Shown here one piece after another: positions 46,771 through 56,312 of a DNA stretch of 64,000 nucleotides. The notes beneath the pieces are model-generated. The model was not told the origin of the DNA. It did not search any database and saw only the letters and a program-made list of their open reading frames with translations. Both the position numbers and the translations under genes were made by a program. The DNA is from Candidatus Thorarchaeota archaeon (GTDB lineage: Archaea; Asgardarchaeota; Thorarchaeia; Thorarchaeales; Thorarchaeaceae). The stretch covers positions 64,001 through 128,000 of the forward strand of contig PRDH01000039.1 of the NCBI GenBank assembly GCA_003345545.1. Reading direction: 5' to 3'. Each line of letters opens with the position of its first letter. Within the stretch, counting starts at the first letter, position 1.

Positions 46771-47963
46771 GAATCAAGGAATTTCAGGACATGATTTATG
46801 CCTGTGGACGCTGCAACTATTGCAGAGGACAGGACTTCAACGAACGATGCCCTGAGATTTTTACTCAGATCTGGGAGTCTTCTACTGGTCGGGGGAGGAT
46901 GGCAATTGCTCGTGGGATTCTCGAGGGAAAGCTCGACTATTCAGAGGAGCTAGGAGAGCGCATCTTTGGCTGTTTTATGTGCGGCCGTTGTAGGGAGGAA
47001 TGCAAGAAGGCCGCCAAGATTGATATCATTGCAATTACGAAGGCTATGAGAGCTGACTTCGTTGACCAAGGGGTGAAAATACCTGAAAGCGGTTCAAGCA
47101 TGGTCAATATTGCTGTTTCGAGCGGCAATATCTTCGCAGACTCGCCTGCAGCTCATGCGAAATGGGCGCAGGGCCTCCAGTTTGTGAGAGGTTCTGGGAC
47201 TCTCTTCTTTCCAGGCTGCCTTGCAAGTCACAGATTCAAAGAGAAGACGAATATCCTTGTTCGATTGTTGCAGGCTGCTGGCTACACCCTTGACTTCTTG
47301 GGTGATGATCAGACCTGTTGTGGCACTCCGCTTTGGATCACGGGGAGGACTGCGGATGCCAAGAAGTGGGCTCAAAACTACCTCAGGAAACTGAAGAAGC
47401 ATGGTGTCAAAGAGATAATCACACCTTGTCCGAGTTGCTTTAGAGCGTTTGACGAGGAATATCCTCACCTGCTTGGCATGGAGAAGTTCCCAATTCGTGT
47501 CCGGCATACAGGCGAGGTACTTGAGGAGATTGTGGAGAAGAAGAAGCTGAACTTCAAGGTACCAATCAATAAACGCGTCACCTATCATGATCCCTGCGAG
47601 ATTGGTCGCTATAGGGGTATCTACGAACCAGCCCGAAGAGTCATCAGAGCATTGCCCGGTGTCGATTTTGTTGAGATGGAGAGAAATAGAGCAGACGCAT
47701 TCTGTTGTGGCGGTGGAGGCGCCGTAAAGATCACGTATGAGCATCACTCCAATACTGTCGCGGAAGAGCGGATTCGGGACTTCGTTCGGAGTGGAGCCCA
47801 GGTCATGAGCACGGTCTGTCCTGCCTGTGAGATGAATCTCACCCACGGCACATATGCCGCGGACGTACAAGCTCGTGTATTGGATGTTGCAGAACTGATG
47901 GCAGTGGCTGCAGGAATCGTAGACAGAGAGATTCTAGAAACAGACTACTTCCCCGAAGATTAG
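46767..47963 (+). CDS. Fe-S oxidoreductase with CCG domains (GlcF/HdrD-like)
   Basis: CGRCNYC, CFMCGRC...C, TCCG, YHDPCEIGR, CCGGGG and CPAC motifs; GTGA overlap with the upstream gene. Confidence 0.9.
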   Translation: MRIKEFQDMIYACGRCNYCRGQDFNERCPEIFTQIWESSTGRGRMAIARGILEGKLDYSEELGERIFGCFMCGRCREECKKAAKIDIIAITKAMRADFVDQGVKIPESGSSMVNIAVSSGNIFADSPAAHAKWAQGLQFVRGSGTLFFPGCLASHRFKEKTNILVRLLQAAGYTLDFLGDDQTCCGTPLWITGRTADAKKWAQNYLRKLKKHGVKEIITPCPSCFRAFDEEYPHLLGMEKFPIRVRHTGEVLEEIVEKKKLNFKVPINKRVTYHDPCEIGRYRGIYEPARRVIRALPGVDFVEMERNRADAFCCGGGGAVKITYEHHSNTVAEERIRDFVRSGAQVMSTVCPACEMNLTHGTYAADVQARVLDVAELMAVAAGIVDREILETDYFPED

Positions 47964-48009
47964 ATGGGTGGCTTGATTCTCTCTTGAGCCTTCGGGATAT
48001 GTTTTCTCA

Positions 48010-48300
48010 TTATCCCCCGACCGCAGCAATCATGAAGACAATAAGGTCGCCCTTTGAGACCTTCGTGTTGATACCGTCACGAGCTACCATGTTCATGCCA
48101 TTCACGAACACAATGGCATCTCTTCTCAGAATCCTTTCTTCTCTGTCATCAAGATAGACCTCAAAGCGACTGCCATATTCTTCATGAAGCTCTTTGATCA
48201 AGTCCTCTATCGTTGAGCCTTCCTTTGTGTCGAATGGGAACTTGTTGTGCTCTGAGTTCTTCAGTCCTTTGTTCATAAGCTTCACAAAGACTTCGGTCAC
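48010..48300 (-). CDS. MoaD/ThiS/SAMP ubiquitin-like sulfur carrier
   Basis: VFVNG...GD......AVGG ending in a C-terminal diglycine. Confidence 0.88.
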   Translation of the reverse strand: MTEVFVKLMNKGLKNSEHNKFPFDTKEGSTIEDLIKELHEEYGSRFEVYLDDREERILRRDAIVFVNGMNMVARDGINTKVSKGDLIVFMIAAVGG

Positions 48301-48499
48301 TTCTCGAGTTCACCACTCATTATTCGAATAGATTAACTTTAAATTAAGTTTGTTGGAGTGGTTGTTGATGGATTACGCCCACCGATGCATCTCATGCGAC
48401 TTAGGGGCGGGCAGTCGCAGAAGTACGTTAAAGAAACCTCTTCTGTCATTAGCCAAAACGTATATGTATCCTTAAGTTCCAGCGAGCAAAGGGCAATCA

Positions 48500-49303
48500 T
48501 TGAGTCCAAAAACATCAACGATGGGTGCGATTGACTTGTCAAATGCAAAAGAGCGTAGAACTCTCAGAGAATGGCTGATGGAAAACGCACGCGAAAACCC
48601 CGTCCATTATAGGGAGATTGCTGTGGCGCTGGACAGAGACCCGGCATCCGTTTCTGCATCGCTGTCCATTGAAAAGGCGCAGGCTCAAGAAACTGGGCGG
48701 CCTGCATATTTCCAAAGAGTAGCGCCGGGCCTGTACAGATTCAACGACCTTTGCGAGGGAGCAATCACTGAACAGCAGATTGATGAGGATCTTAGAGAGA
48801 AGGCCCGAGCCAGCAAACTGGCAACAAGAGCTGAAATGAATCAGGCAATCGCTGATCTCGATCTGAACGGATTCAGAGAACTGGCGGAAATCATCCTCAT
48901 AAACATCCGAGTTAACCGAGACGATCTCCGGGAACGTGAACGATACAACAATACCATTGTATTCACTGGCAGCTGGCTTGATGACGGTGGTAGAGCTCCA
49001 GTCGTATTCTACGCGAAGAAGTGCAATCTTGATGAGCCAATTGGAAAAGAAACAATTCTGGAGATACGTGGGGCGTTTCCAGTGTACGGGGCGAATCAGG
49101 GTGTTCTTGTTTCAAATGGCATCTGTTCGTCTGAAGCAACTCGTGAAGCAGTTCAACCAAATCTTGTAGTACCGCCTGTTCATATTATGGATAAGGAAAT
49201 CATCATGAATGTCCTCTTTGAAAGCAGGACTGGTGTCAAGTCCAGCAAGGTCGAGATATTCCTCCTCGACACAAATTTCTTCAAGGCACTGATGCCCGAG
49301 TAA
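48500..49303 (+). CDS. Winged-HTH (HARE-HTH-like) plus Mrr-like restriction endonuclease domain protein
   Basis: PVHYREI...ASVSASL...F.RVAPGLY; FxELxxxIL; AKK...IG...I.E.RG.....QGVLVSNG..S..A. Confidence 0.7.
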   Translation: MSPKTSTMGAIDLSNAKERRTLREWLMENARENPVHYREIAVALDRDPASVSASLSIEKAQAQETGRPAYFQRVAPGLYRFNDLCEGAITEQQIDEDLREKARASKLATRAEMNQAIADLDLNGFRELAEIILINIRVNRDDLRERERYNNTIVFTGSWLDDGGRAPVVFYAKKCNLDEPIGKETILEIRGAFPVYGANQGVLVSNGICSSEATREAVQPNLVVPPVHIMDKEIIMNVLFESRTGVKSSKVEIFLLDTNFFKALMPE

Positions 49304-49543
49304 CGAATTGACCGATAATGTCCGTGTTATTGTGAATCGATTCGATTTGATTCTCGTTCTCAGGGGTCTTATGACTTCAGATGCCAAGCTCATTGATAGC
49401 TCACATTCTTTTGTTTAAATATGTGAGTTTAATACGAAAAAAAAGTAAACCCCTCAACTTAAATATCAGGGTATACAGTGGTAGGGGCATCACGATACGA
49501 TTCTTTCTTGTCGTGAGAGAGAAAAAAAAGGAGAACATCACAA

Positions 49544-51085
49544 GTGAGTGAGGATAAACTCCTCTTTGTAAGAGAGTCGTCCGGCCTCGTCAAGGAAGTG
49601 GGCACGGGCTTTGCTCTCCTCCTCCCAATAGCACTGACTTTGGGCCCATGGTTCCACTATTTTGGACCACAGGTTTCGACTTGGTATCCTGGTGCGCATC
49701 TTGTTCCGATGTATGCACTGGGTGCAGGAGCTGTCTTCTTTGAAGCCCTTGCGCTCATGTGTCTGATGCTCGCCATGCCAAGATCTGGAGCATCTTACCA
49801 CTTCACTGGAAGAGGTCTGAGCCCCATTTTTGGTGTCATGGAAGGTTGGAGAAGTGTAATCACGAACCCTGTCTTCAGGGGGACTGGAAGCTTTTTCGCA
49901 GTACAGATCTTTGCAGGTGGTCTTGCAGTCATTGGCGCCGCAACGGGCAATGCTGGCTTAGTCAGCTTTGCAGCGACCCTCAGCGGCGATATCATCTGGC
50001 TCTTCACCGCCGCAGTGCTGATGATCCTAGTCGGATTCGTCTTTGCCTACCTTAGTGTCAAATGGTTAGGCTGGTATGTAATCATTATTGGACTCGTCAA
50101 CATTTTGGCTCTGCTAGTAGCGGATCTTGTCATGCTTTCAACACCAATGTCTCAGGCGGTCTGGGAGAACTCGATGGGGCCTGGAACTTGGGCTCCCATA
50201 GCTGCCTTTAATCCAACTACGCCAGTAAACTATGTAGACTTCAACTTCGGTGCAGTAGGAGGCGCTCTCCTGATAACAGTTGGTGGAATGTGGCCATATC
50301 TCATCATGCCTGTAGCTGGTGAGGTTTCACAGCCCAGTAGAAACATTCCACTGAGCAATGTTGGTGGGTGGGCAGGTATTGCCTTCTTCTTCTTGCTCTC
50401 TGGTTTTGCTGTAGAGTCATCCATGGGAAACTATCTGTACGGTGTCAACATGGTTGGTGGTGTGTTCCCCGGTTTCGGCAACTATGCCGCAGTCATTCTT
50501 GGTGCCAACCCACTTGCTTGGTTCGTGATATTGTGTCCAATCTTTGCAAGTCTGGGCGACTCACCTAGCAACGCACTGTGGGTCACTCGACCAATGCACA
50601 GCATGGCCATGGACAGATTCTGCCCTGAAGCATTTGCTCGTGTCCATCCAAAATACCATGTACCGCACATCACGCTGTACTTCTGGTTGATCCTTTCGAT
50701 TGGTACAGTAGCATATGCTACATTCCTGCAGTCCTTCTATGGTACAGCTCTAGCCGGACTGATTGGAGTGGCGTATACATACGTCTTCATCAGATGGCAG
50801 ATGGCTTTGGCAGCAATTTCCCTACCGTACTACAGACCGACCCTATGGGAGCGGAGTGGAGGCTGGAAATTCCTTGGCATTCCACTGGTTTCTCTAGGTG
50901 GTATCGTTTCTGGTGCTGTGTTCTTCTGGGCAATCATTGCATACGTGCCGACGCTACCCTATGAGGTCGCGTTCACGATTGCCGTGTACGTGATAGGTCA
51001 GATCGCCTACATGTACTATGGAGCAAAGAACAAGGCTAAGGGCATTGAGATGTCCGCCATCTTTGGTCAACTCCCACCAGAGTAG
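49544..51085 (+). CDS. APC-family amino acid/amine permease
   Basis: LFVRESSGLVKE, MPRSGASY, AGEVSQP and AMDRFCP..FARVHPKY.VP motifs; ~12-14 TM segments. Confidence 0.9.
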   Translation: MSEDKLLFVRESSGLVKEVGTGFALLLPIALTLGPWFHYFGPQVSTWYPGAHLVPMYALGAGAVFFEALALMCLMLAMPRSGASYHFTGRGLSPIFGVMEGWRSVITNPVFRGTGSFFAVQIFAGGLAVIGAATGNAGLVSFAATLSGDIIWLFTAAVLMILVGFVFAYLSVKWLGWYVIIIGLVNILALLVADLVMLSTPMSQAVWENSMGPGTWAPIAAFNPTTPVNYVDFNFGAVGGALLITVGGMWPYLIMPVAGEVSQPSRNIPLSNVGGWAGIAFFFLLSGFAVESSMGNYLYGVNMVGGVFPGFGNYAAVILGANPLAWFVILCPIFASLGDSPSNALWVTRPMHSMAMDRFCPEAFARVHPKYHVPHITLYFWLILSIGTVAYATFLQSFYGTALAGLIGVAYTYVFIRWQMALAAISLPYYRPTLWERSGGWKFLGIPLVSLGGIVSGAVFFWAIIAYVPTLPYEVAFTIAVYVIGQIAYMYYGAKNKAKGIEMSAIFGQLPPE

Positions 51086-51099
51086 AATCTAGATTGTAT

Positions 51100-51137
51100 G
51101 AAGAGAGCCGCAAGCTCTCTTCTTCCCTTTTCTTTTT
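51100..51137 (+). terminator. Hairpin plus U-rich terminator after the permease
   Basis: GAAGAGAGC-CGCAA-GCTCTCTTC followed by TTCCCTTTTCTTTTT. Confidence 0.7.
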
Positions 51138-51181
51138 CAGTCTGCAACTCACTAGAGCTCTTGAGGTCTAGATTTTATTTG

Positions 51182-52123
51182 CTATTCGTCTCTTGCGTCT
51201 TCTGGAAAGTCTGTGATGGGTGGGAACCTGTTTCTGCTGGCCTTACTTGCCAAGGGCTCCAGCTTATCCCATGTCCTGTGAAATCTCGACGGAAACGACC
51301 AAGGCCGAATGACAAGATACTCGCGAACATTCTCTGAAGAGCTGTACTCATCTAGAGCCTTCTTTGCCTCTCGAGTAAAAACATGCCGCTCGTCATCATT
51401 TAAGACCTGTTGCTCAAAAACATAGGCATCTTCTTTCCATATGTATTTGACCTGGACTTCGTCATTGTCTTCAACTATGCGATGCACAAGTCTCCAGGGC
51501 CAAAATGTAGACATCTGTTCAAGTTGTTCTCCCGCGCCATAGAAGTCAACTGACATTCCCTCTTTACAATAGACGTAGTCAGGACCGCGTTCTCTGAATT
51601 TCTTGTTTGGTTTGGCCATACGACCCTTTCTAACCCAGTCATAGAACTCCCCTCTTACTCTACTGTAGATCTCACAACGGTCAAGTATGTACTTCACAGC
51701 TGCAGCTGTTCCATGGTGTGCTAGTCCCCGAAGCGAGGGCCGATCGAGTCGCTTCTCAATCAATTCTCGGACAGCCTGGATGTCCTCAGTTGGAATTGTT
51801 GTCCAAATTGGGAAGACTGCTCTCCCAAAAGGTACCGTGTGTAGAAATACGATTCCGGCCGTTCCTATCGGTTCTAAGCCCTCAAGCAGTTCTTCATTGA
51901 CTGGCCAAGTGTTTCCATTCCTGCAATAATGGACCTCACTCACTTCGAAGGAAACCACTTCATCCCATTGCGCATCAAAAACCGCCTGGTACTTCTTCTT
52001 CTTCTTCTCGCGTGGAAGAATAAACCTAGCCTGAGTAGGATTGATCTGTATCTCTTGTCGTGCCTTGCTAAATGGGCAATTCCCAATGTATTCTGCATCA
52101 GGCAGTGTTTCTTCATCAGACAT
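51182..52123 (-). CDS. Hypothetical protein
   Basis: 313-aa ORF with an AGGTGA SD; no recognised motif. Confidence 0.65.
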   Translation of the reverse strand: MSDEETLPDAEYIGNCPFSKARQEIQINPTQARFILPREKKKKKYQAVFDAQWDEVVSFEVSEVHYCRNGNTWPVNEELLEGLEPIGTAGIVFLHTVPFGRAVFPIWTTIPTEDIQAVRELIEKRLDRPSLRGLAHHGTAAAVKYILDRCEIYSRVRGEFYDWVRKGRMAKPNKKFRERGPDYVYCKEGMSVDFYGAGEQLEQMSTFWPWRLVHRIVEDNDEVQVKYIWKEDAYVFEQQVLNDDERHVFTREAKKALDEYSSSENVREYLVIRPWSFPSRFHRTWDKLEPLASKASRNRFPPITDFPEDARDE

Positions 52124-52281
52124 GATACATTCACCTTTGTGAAGTCGCCCTAGTGTATTCTAGACATGGCTTGACTGGTCATTATTTAAGTGTACTTAAA
52201 AGAGTTGGTTAATCTCTCTATAAGAAATCAAAAGGGTTAAAGGTGCGTGACCTTGTGCCTCCCTGAAGAGGTCTCCTCACG

Positions 52282-52983
52282 ATGAGCCAACGTACAAACC
52301 GAGAACGCGACTCCAAGACGTCTCTCGATGACTTTGAGTTTGATCCAACCGAGCTGGATTTGAAGAAAAGCAAGAGTCTGATTACGGTCTTTGACGGTTA
52401 TCGAATCCAAAGAACATATGACCTCAGGTTTGTAGACAAAGCGATAAACAAGGGTGAAATGCCAAAGTCATTCATTCGTCAGTGGGGGACCATCAGAGCG
52501 CTTCTGCACAAGCTAGCTGCAATTGGTCCTAAGGTGACTGGGGTAGAGTCATGGCTAAATCGGAAGCAATACTTTGCCTTTCTATCTTTAGCAACAATCA
52601 CCATAGCGGCTCCAGTGCTCCTTCTTACGTGGGTGTTTCGATGGGAAGCGCTTCAGGATATTGCAATGCCCTTGGCGCTGGTTGCTGTGGCTCTAATGTT
52701 CATCAATTTCCTATTATCATCGTGGTATAATCGAAAGGTTGCGTGGGCGATATACTACTACTTAGAGGATAATCCGAATTTGGTTGCCAAAGAACGAGCA
52801 ATTCTCAAAAAATGGGTTCAGAGTCTCATCCATCACACAGCAAGAGTGATGAGACAGAGCGGACTCGATCCTGATAAGAATTTGGTCAAGTTCTGGAACG
52901 ACGACTATGTAGGGATAGAGGTGCTCAAAGTACCTTCTGGATTAAGGAAGAACTACGTTGTGAAAGTCAAACTGACTGGTTAG
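52282..52983 (+). CDS. Hypothetical protein with two TM segments
   Basis: Two hydrophobic helices in the middle of the protein; GAGGT SD. Confidence 0.7.
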   Translation: MSQRTNRERDSKTSLDDFEFDPTELDLKKSKSLITVFDGYRIQRTYDLRFVDKAINKGEMPKSFIRQWGTIRALLHKLAAIGPKVTGVESWLNRKQYFAFLSLATITIAAPVLLLTWVFRWEALQDIAMPLALVAVALMFINFLLSSWYNRKVAWAIYYYLEDNPNLVAKERAILKKWVQSLIHHTARVMRQSGLDPDKNLVKFWNDDYVGIEVLKVPSGLRKNYVVKVKLTG

Positions 52984-53047
52984 TCTTGGCGTGCTCTATC
53001 CATTTGTCTTTTTCATGGCTGAGAAGCCTGTAGTTGGTTCTCAGCCA

Positions 53048-54163
53048 CTAGACTATCTTCTCAATGGGTCTATACTCGACGTCGAATCCGAAGTGCCGCG
53101 GGCCTAAAGCCTTCAAGCCCTCTGCCCCCCTGAAGATTGGTTCTGCCTTCATTCCAATGACGCTTACCTTATCGCCTTTCTTGATGTCCGTGTTAGTGAT
53201 GGGCTCGCCACTCTTGGCATTTATTATCTCTATGATATCTGGACTTGTTATCCAGGGTTTTTCATCAAGCCAGGTCATATGGTTCTCATTCTTGAACCAC
53301 ACCTTGAATTTCTTACTTGATTTGATACCAGAACCTGTGATCTCAGTTTCTCCCCACATATACCCCTCTCGATTCTCCCATGTCCTGCCTGTAACCTTCC
53401 CTCGGAAGAGTATCCACCCTCCAACATTCTCGACAATCTTGTCAGCAGGATCATCTCCTGATTCTCGACTCTCTCGAATCATCTTCCCCACGTTGTAGCT
53501 CTTTGTGAGGGTTCCTTTGATAATGGCATCATGAAAGTCTGCTCCCTTGACTGGAAAGGCAACATTGCCAAGACGACCCCATGCCACTTCACTCAAAGCC
53601 TTGGAGATTCGCTCGCCCATCTCGTAGTTGATGACGTTCTGTACGATGCTCTTATTTCCAAACCAGTCAATGAGAGCCATGGGCGCCATTGAGAAGCCCT
53701 TGACACAAACAGTGTTTTGGCATATCTCAGGTACCGCTCTTCCTGAATAGTCTCCATCAACACAGGGAATGCCATGTTTGACAGCAGCATCAATTGGCGC
53801 TGGCGTATTCACTCCACCCAGCTCAAAGGGAGCGACTGCTTTGAATTTGACGCCCATGAAATCCTCAAGTGCTGCCAAACCACTGGACAACTCCTTCTCA
53901 AAATAATCCCAGGGGTATCTCTTCCTTAAAGCTTCAATCTCGGGAGTAGGAGGTGCGATTGTCCCAGAATAGTATGGGCATGCAACCCAGTCACTATTTC
54001 TTACTGTATTCACATCAACGATTTCAATTGTCTGTCCTTTCTCGACATGAGGATATAGCATATTGAGACCAAGTTGTTTGGACCCACCGCCGCCAGTTCC
54101 AAAGAAGGTACATCCCGTTGTGAGGTCTTCCACATCAGTCCTTGTTTTTAATATGAGCGCCAT
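53048..54163 (-). CDS. DUF917 family protein
   Basis: GCTFFGTGGGG, ELGGVN, VDGDYSGRAVPE, FKNE and PDII motifs; C-terminal GP..FG...Y.P. Confidence 0.88.
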   Translation of the reverse strand: MALILKTRTDVEDLTTGCTFFGTGGGGSKQLGLNMLYPHVEKGQTIEIVDVNTVRNSDWVACPYYSGTIAPPTPEIEALRKRYPWDYFEKELSSGLAALEDFMGVKFKAVAPFELGGVNTPAPIDAAVKHGIPCVDGDYSGRAVPEICQNTVCVKGFSMAPMALIDWFGNKSIVQNVINYEMGERISKALSEVAWGRLGNVAFPVKGADFHDAIIKGTLTKSYNVGKMIRESRESGDDPADKIVENVGGWILFRGKVTGRTWENREGYMWGETEITGSGIKSSKKFKVWFKNENHMTWLDEKPWITSPDIIEIINAKSGEPITNTDIKKGDKVSVIGMKAEPIFRGAEGLKALGPRHFGFDVEYRPIEKIV

Positions 54164-54274
54164 TCTAAACAGTCCCTGTCAGATTTGTTAAATCTGGTTT
54201 AACCTAGCCAGTATATATTTCCAACGGATGGTGTCGAAATAGACATTTCACTCGTGCGGGTCATTCCTCCTACG

Positions 54275-54322
54275 AGAAAAAAAGAACATTGTGAGAGAAG
54301 AGGGAATCTTCACTCTTCTCTC
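54275..54322 (-). terminator. Hairpin plus U-tract terminator after the metallophosphoesterase
   Basis: GAGAGAAGAG...CTCTTCTCTC stem; T8 tract downstream on the minus strand. Confidence 0.6.
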
Positions 54323-54335
54323 TCAGATTTGAGAA

Positions 54336-55277
54336 TTATAGTTCGACGCGACCGGCCTGCACCTTTCCATCTTCAATAGTAATCAGGAATGCTTTCAGAA
54401 TACCTTCTCTGTATTCAGAACCAGGATTCACGCATAGCGTTTTGCCAAGGCTTCTGTAGCCAACGCTTTCGTGTATATGTCCGTGCATGCCCAACATAGG
54501 TTGGTACTTCTCAATCACGGCTCGCACTGACTTGCTTCCGACCGGACCAATAATCTCCTGTGCACCAGATTTCTTCACCTTGTGCTCTTCATCAAGCGAT
54601 GGTGCAGTATCAAGGCCAGAGTTGTACGGAGGGTCATGGAAGTTGCATATGACCTTCGAGTAGTCTTTTGTATCGAGGCGTGCAAATTCCTCTTCCAGTT
54701 TTCCAAGCAACTCATCATCAGGGCATTCTCTGGGTGTTTGCCAAGGAGTCTTACTTACCCATTCACAGCTAATCATGGGATATCCTCTTACGTCTATCAC
54801 TCTCTTCAAAGGGTATATGACCTTAGGATCTCTCTTGATCACATCATCAATAGCCCAACTATCATCGTTTCCAGGGTTCACCACAACCATCACGTCACCG
54901 GAAATCCTCTCGTTAGCCATTCTCATCCAGAGTTCGATTCGTTGAATCATCAATTCCTCGAAGAGCTTGGTGACTGCACCAGGAGTTTCGCGAAGCTTGG
55001 CGAATTCGTCAGCAGTCATAATCCTCGGGTAGTACCCCTCGTCCATAGTGAACTTGACGAAATGGTCTAAGTCCTTCTGCTTCTTGAATTCCTTTCTCTT
55101 TCCTTGAGGTGAGGCATACCACTTGTCCTCCTTCTCTTGGATTATGGGAACTATAGCTTTGCCAGTCAGGTCGCCGCACATCATGGCAACATCGGCCTTG
55201 AATACATTGGGCGCGCGACACATCTTCTCCCATGTCTGTTGGCTTCCGTGTGGATCAGCTGCTAAGAAGATTCTCAT
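54336..55277 (-). CDS. Icc-like metallophosphoesterase
   Basis: DPHGS, GDLTG, GNDD, HDPP and HGHIHE motifs. Confidence 0.9.
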   Translation of the reverse strand: MRIFLAADPHGSQQTWEKMCRAPNVFKADVAMMCGDLTGKAIVPIIQEKEDKWYASPQGKRKEFKKQKDLDHFVKFTMDEGYYPRIMTADEFAKLRETPGAVTKLFEELMIQRIELWMRMANERISGDVMVVVNPGNDDSWAIDDVIKRDPKVIYPLKRVIDVRGYPMISCEWVSKTPWQTPRECPDDELLGKLEEEFARLDTKDYSKVICNFHDPPYNSGLDTAPSLDEEHKVKKSGAQEIIGPVGSKSVRAVIEKYQPMLGMHGHIHESVGYRSLGKTLCVNPGSEYREGILKAFLITIEDGKVQAGRVEL

Positions 55278-55480
55278 CTTGTTACCTCGTCTCGTTCTCT
55301 CTGCTTGGAGTTCAAACACTCTTTGCTCAGATTGTTCTTTGCGTGTAAATCGGATTTAAAATCCTAATGGTACAACACAATTCGTACTTTAACTGGACTT
55401 ATAGAAAACGCAGTCAGGGCACAAGATATTAATGTCAACATGTTTCCGGGGTAATAGCAACTGAGTCCTCACAATTTGAG

Positions 55481-56293
55481 GTGACATGGTTATTGACAGG
55501 TAAATATGACCCAATCAACGACGACTTCATGCAAGAAGCATTGAGAATCGAGAGAGCAGCCGCAGATAACGATATCCCTCTACGAATAATAGGGTGTCTT
55601 GCATTCAGACTAAAGAGCCCTGACTTCACAGATCTTCACATCAAGATGGGGCGGGAAGTCACAGATATCGACTTCATCTCTTATTTCAAATACCAGAGCA
55701 AGCTAGTGAAGCTGTTCAAAGATGAACTCGGTTACTATTGGGTACCCCCAGGCTTCGCTAGAGCAAGCAGTCTACGAGACCTTTTCATCGACCAACAGCG
55801 CAACAGGAAGATAGATGTTTTCTACGACCACTTGGATTTTAGCCACAATATTGATTTTACTAAGAAGAAGAGGCTCGAAGCTGATGAGCCAACAATTCCC
55901 TTGGCCGAGTTGTTCCTTGAAAAGACGCAAATCCTAGAAATCAATGCTAAAGATTTGAAGGATCTGGTAATCACTTTCTTGGCCCATGATATTAGTGATA
56001 CCTTCGATGACACGAACGTAAACGGTCGCTATATTGCAGATTTGCTCTCGGATGATTGGGGCTTCTACCATGATGCCACAGAGAACCTCAAGAAGCTCAT
56101 TGACTTTGTTCCAACAATCAACGAGCTCACACAAGAACAGAAAGACTTGGTCATTGAGCGTGCAAAGAAGATGGAAAAGATGATTGAGGACACACCAAAA
56201 ACCCGCGCGTGGAAGAACCGTGCTGCGGTTGGCACAAAGAAGCGTTGGTACAAGTTTGTGCATTCGATGGAAGGGACACGCTCAGCAGAATAA
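55481..56293 (+). CDS. Putative nucleotidyltransferase-fold protein
   Basis: LRIIGCLAF...R..TDIDF...KIDVF...LFLEK.....KD..D, resembling the pol-beta-like hG[GS]-DxD-D pattern. Confidence 0.65.
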   Translation: MTWLLTGKYDPINDDFMQEALRIERAAADNDIPLRIIGCLAFRLKSPDFTDLHIKMGREVTDIDFISYFKYQSKLVKLFKDELGYYWVPPGFARASSLRDLFIDQQRNRKIDVFYDHLDFSHNIDFTKKKRLEADEPTIPLAELFLEKTQILEINAKDLKDLVITFLAHDISDTFDDTNVNGRYIADLLSDDWGFYHDATENLKKLIDFVPTINELTQEQKDLVIERAKKMEKMIEDTPKTRAWKNRAAVGTKKRWYKFVHSMEGTRSAE

Positions 56294-56312
56294 AACGTCG
56301 AGGTGCATTGAA

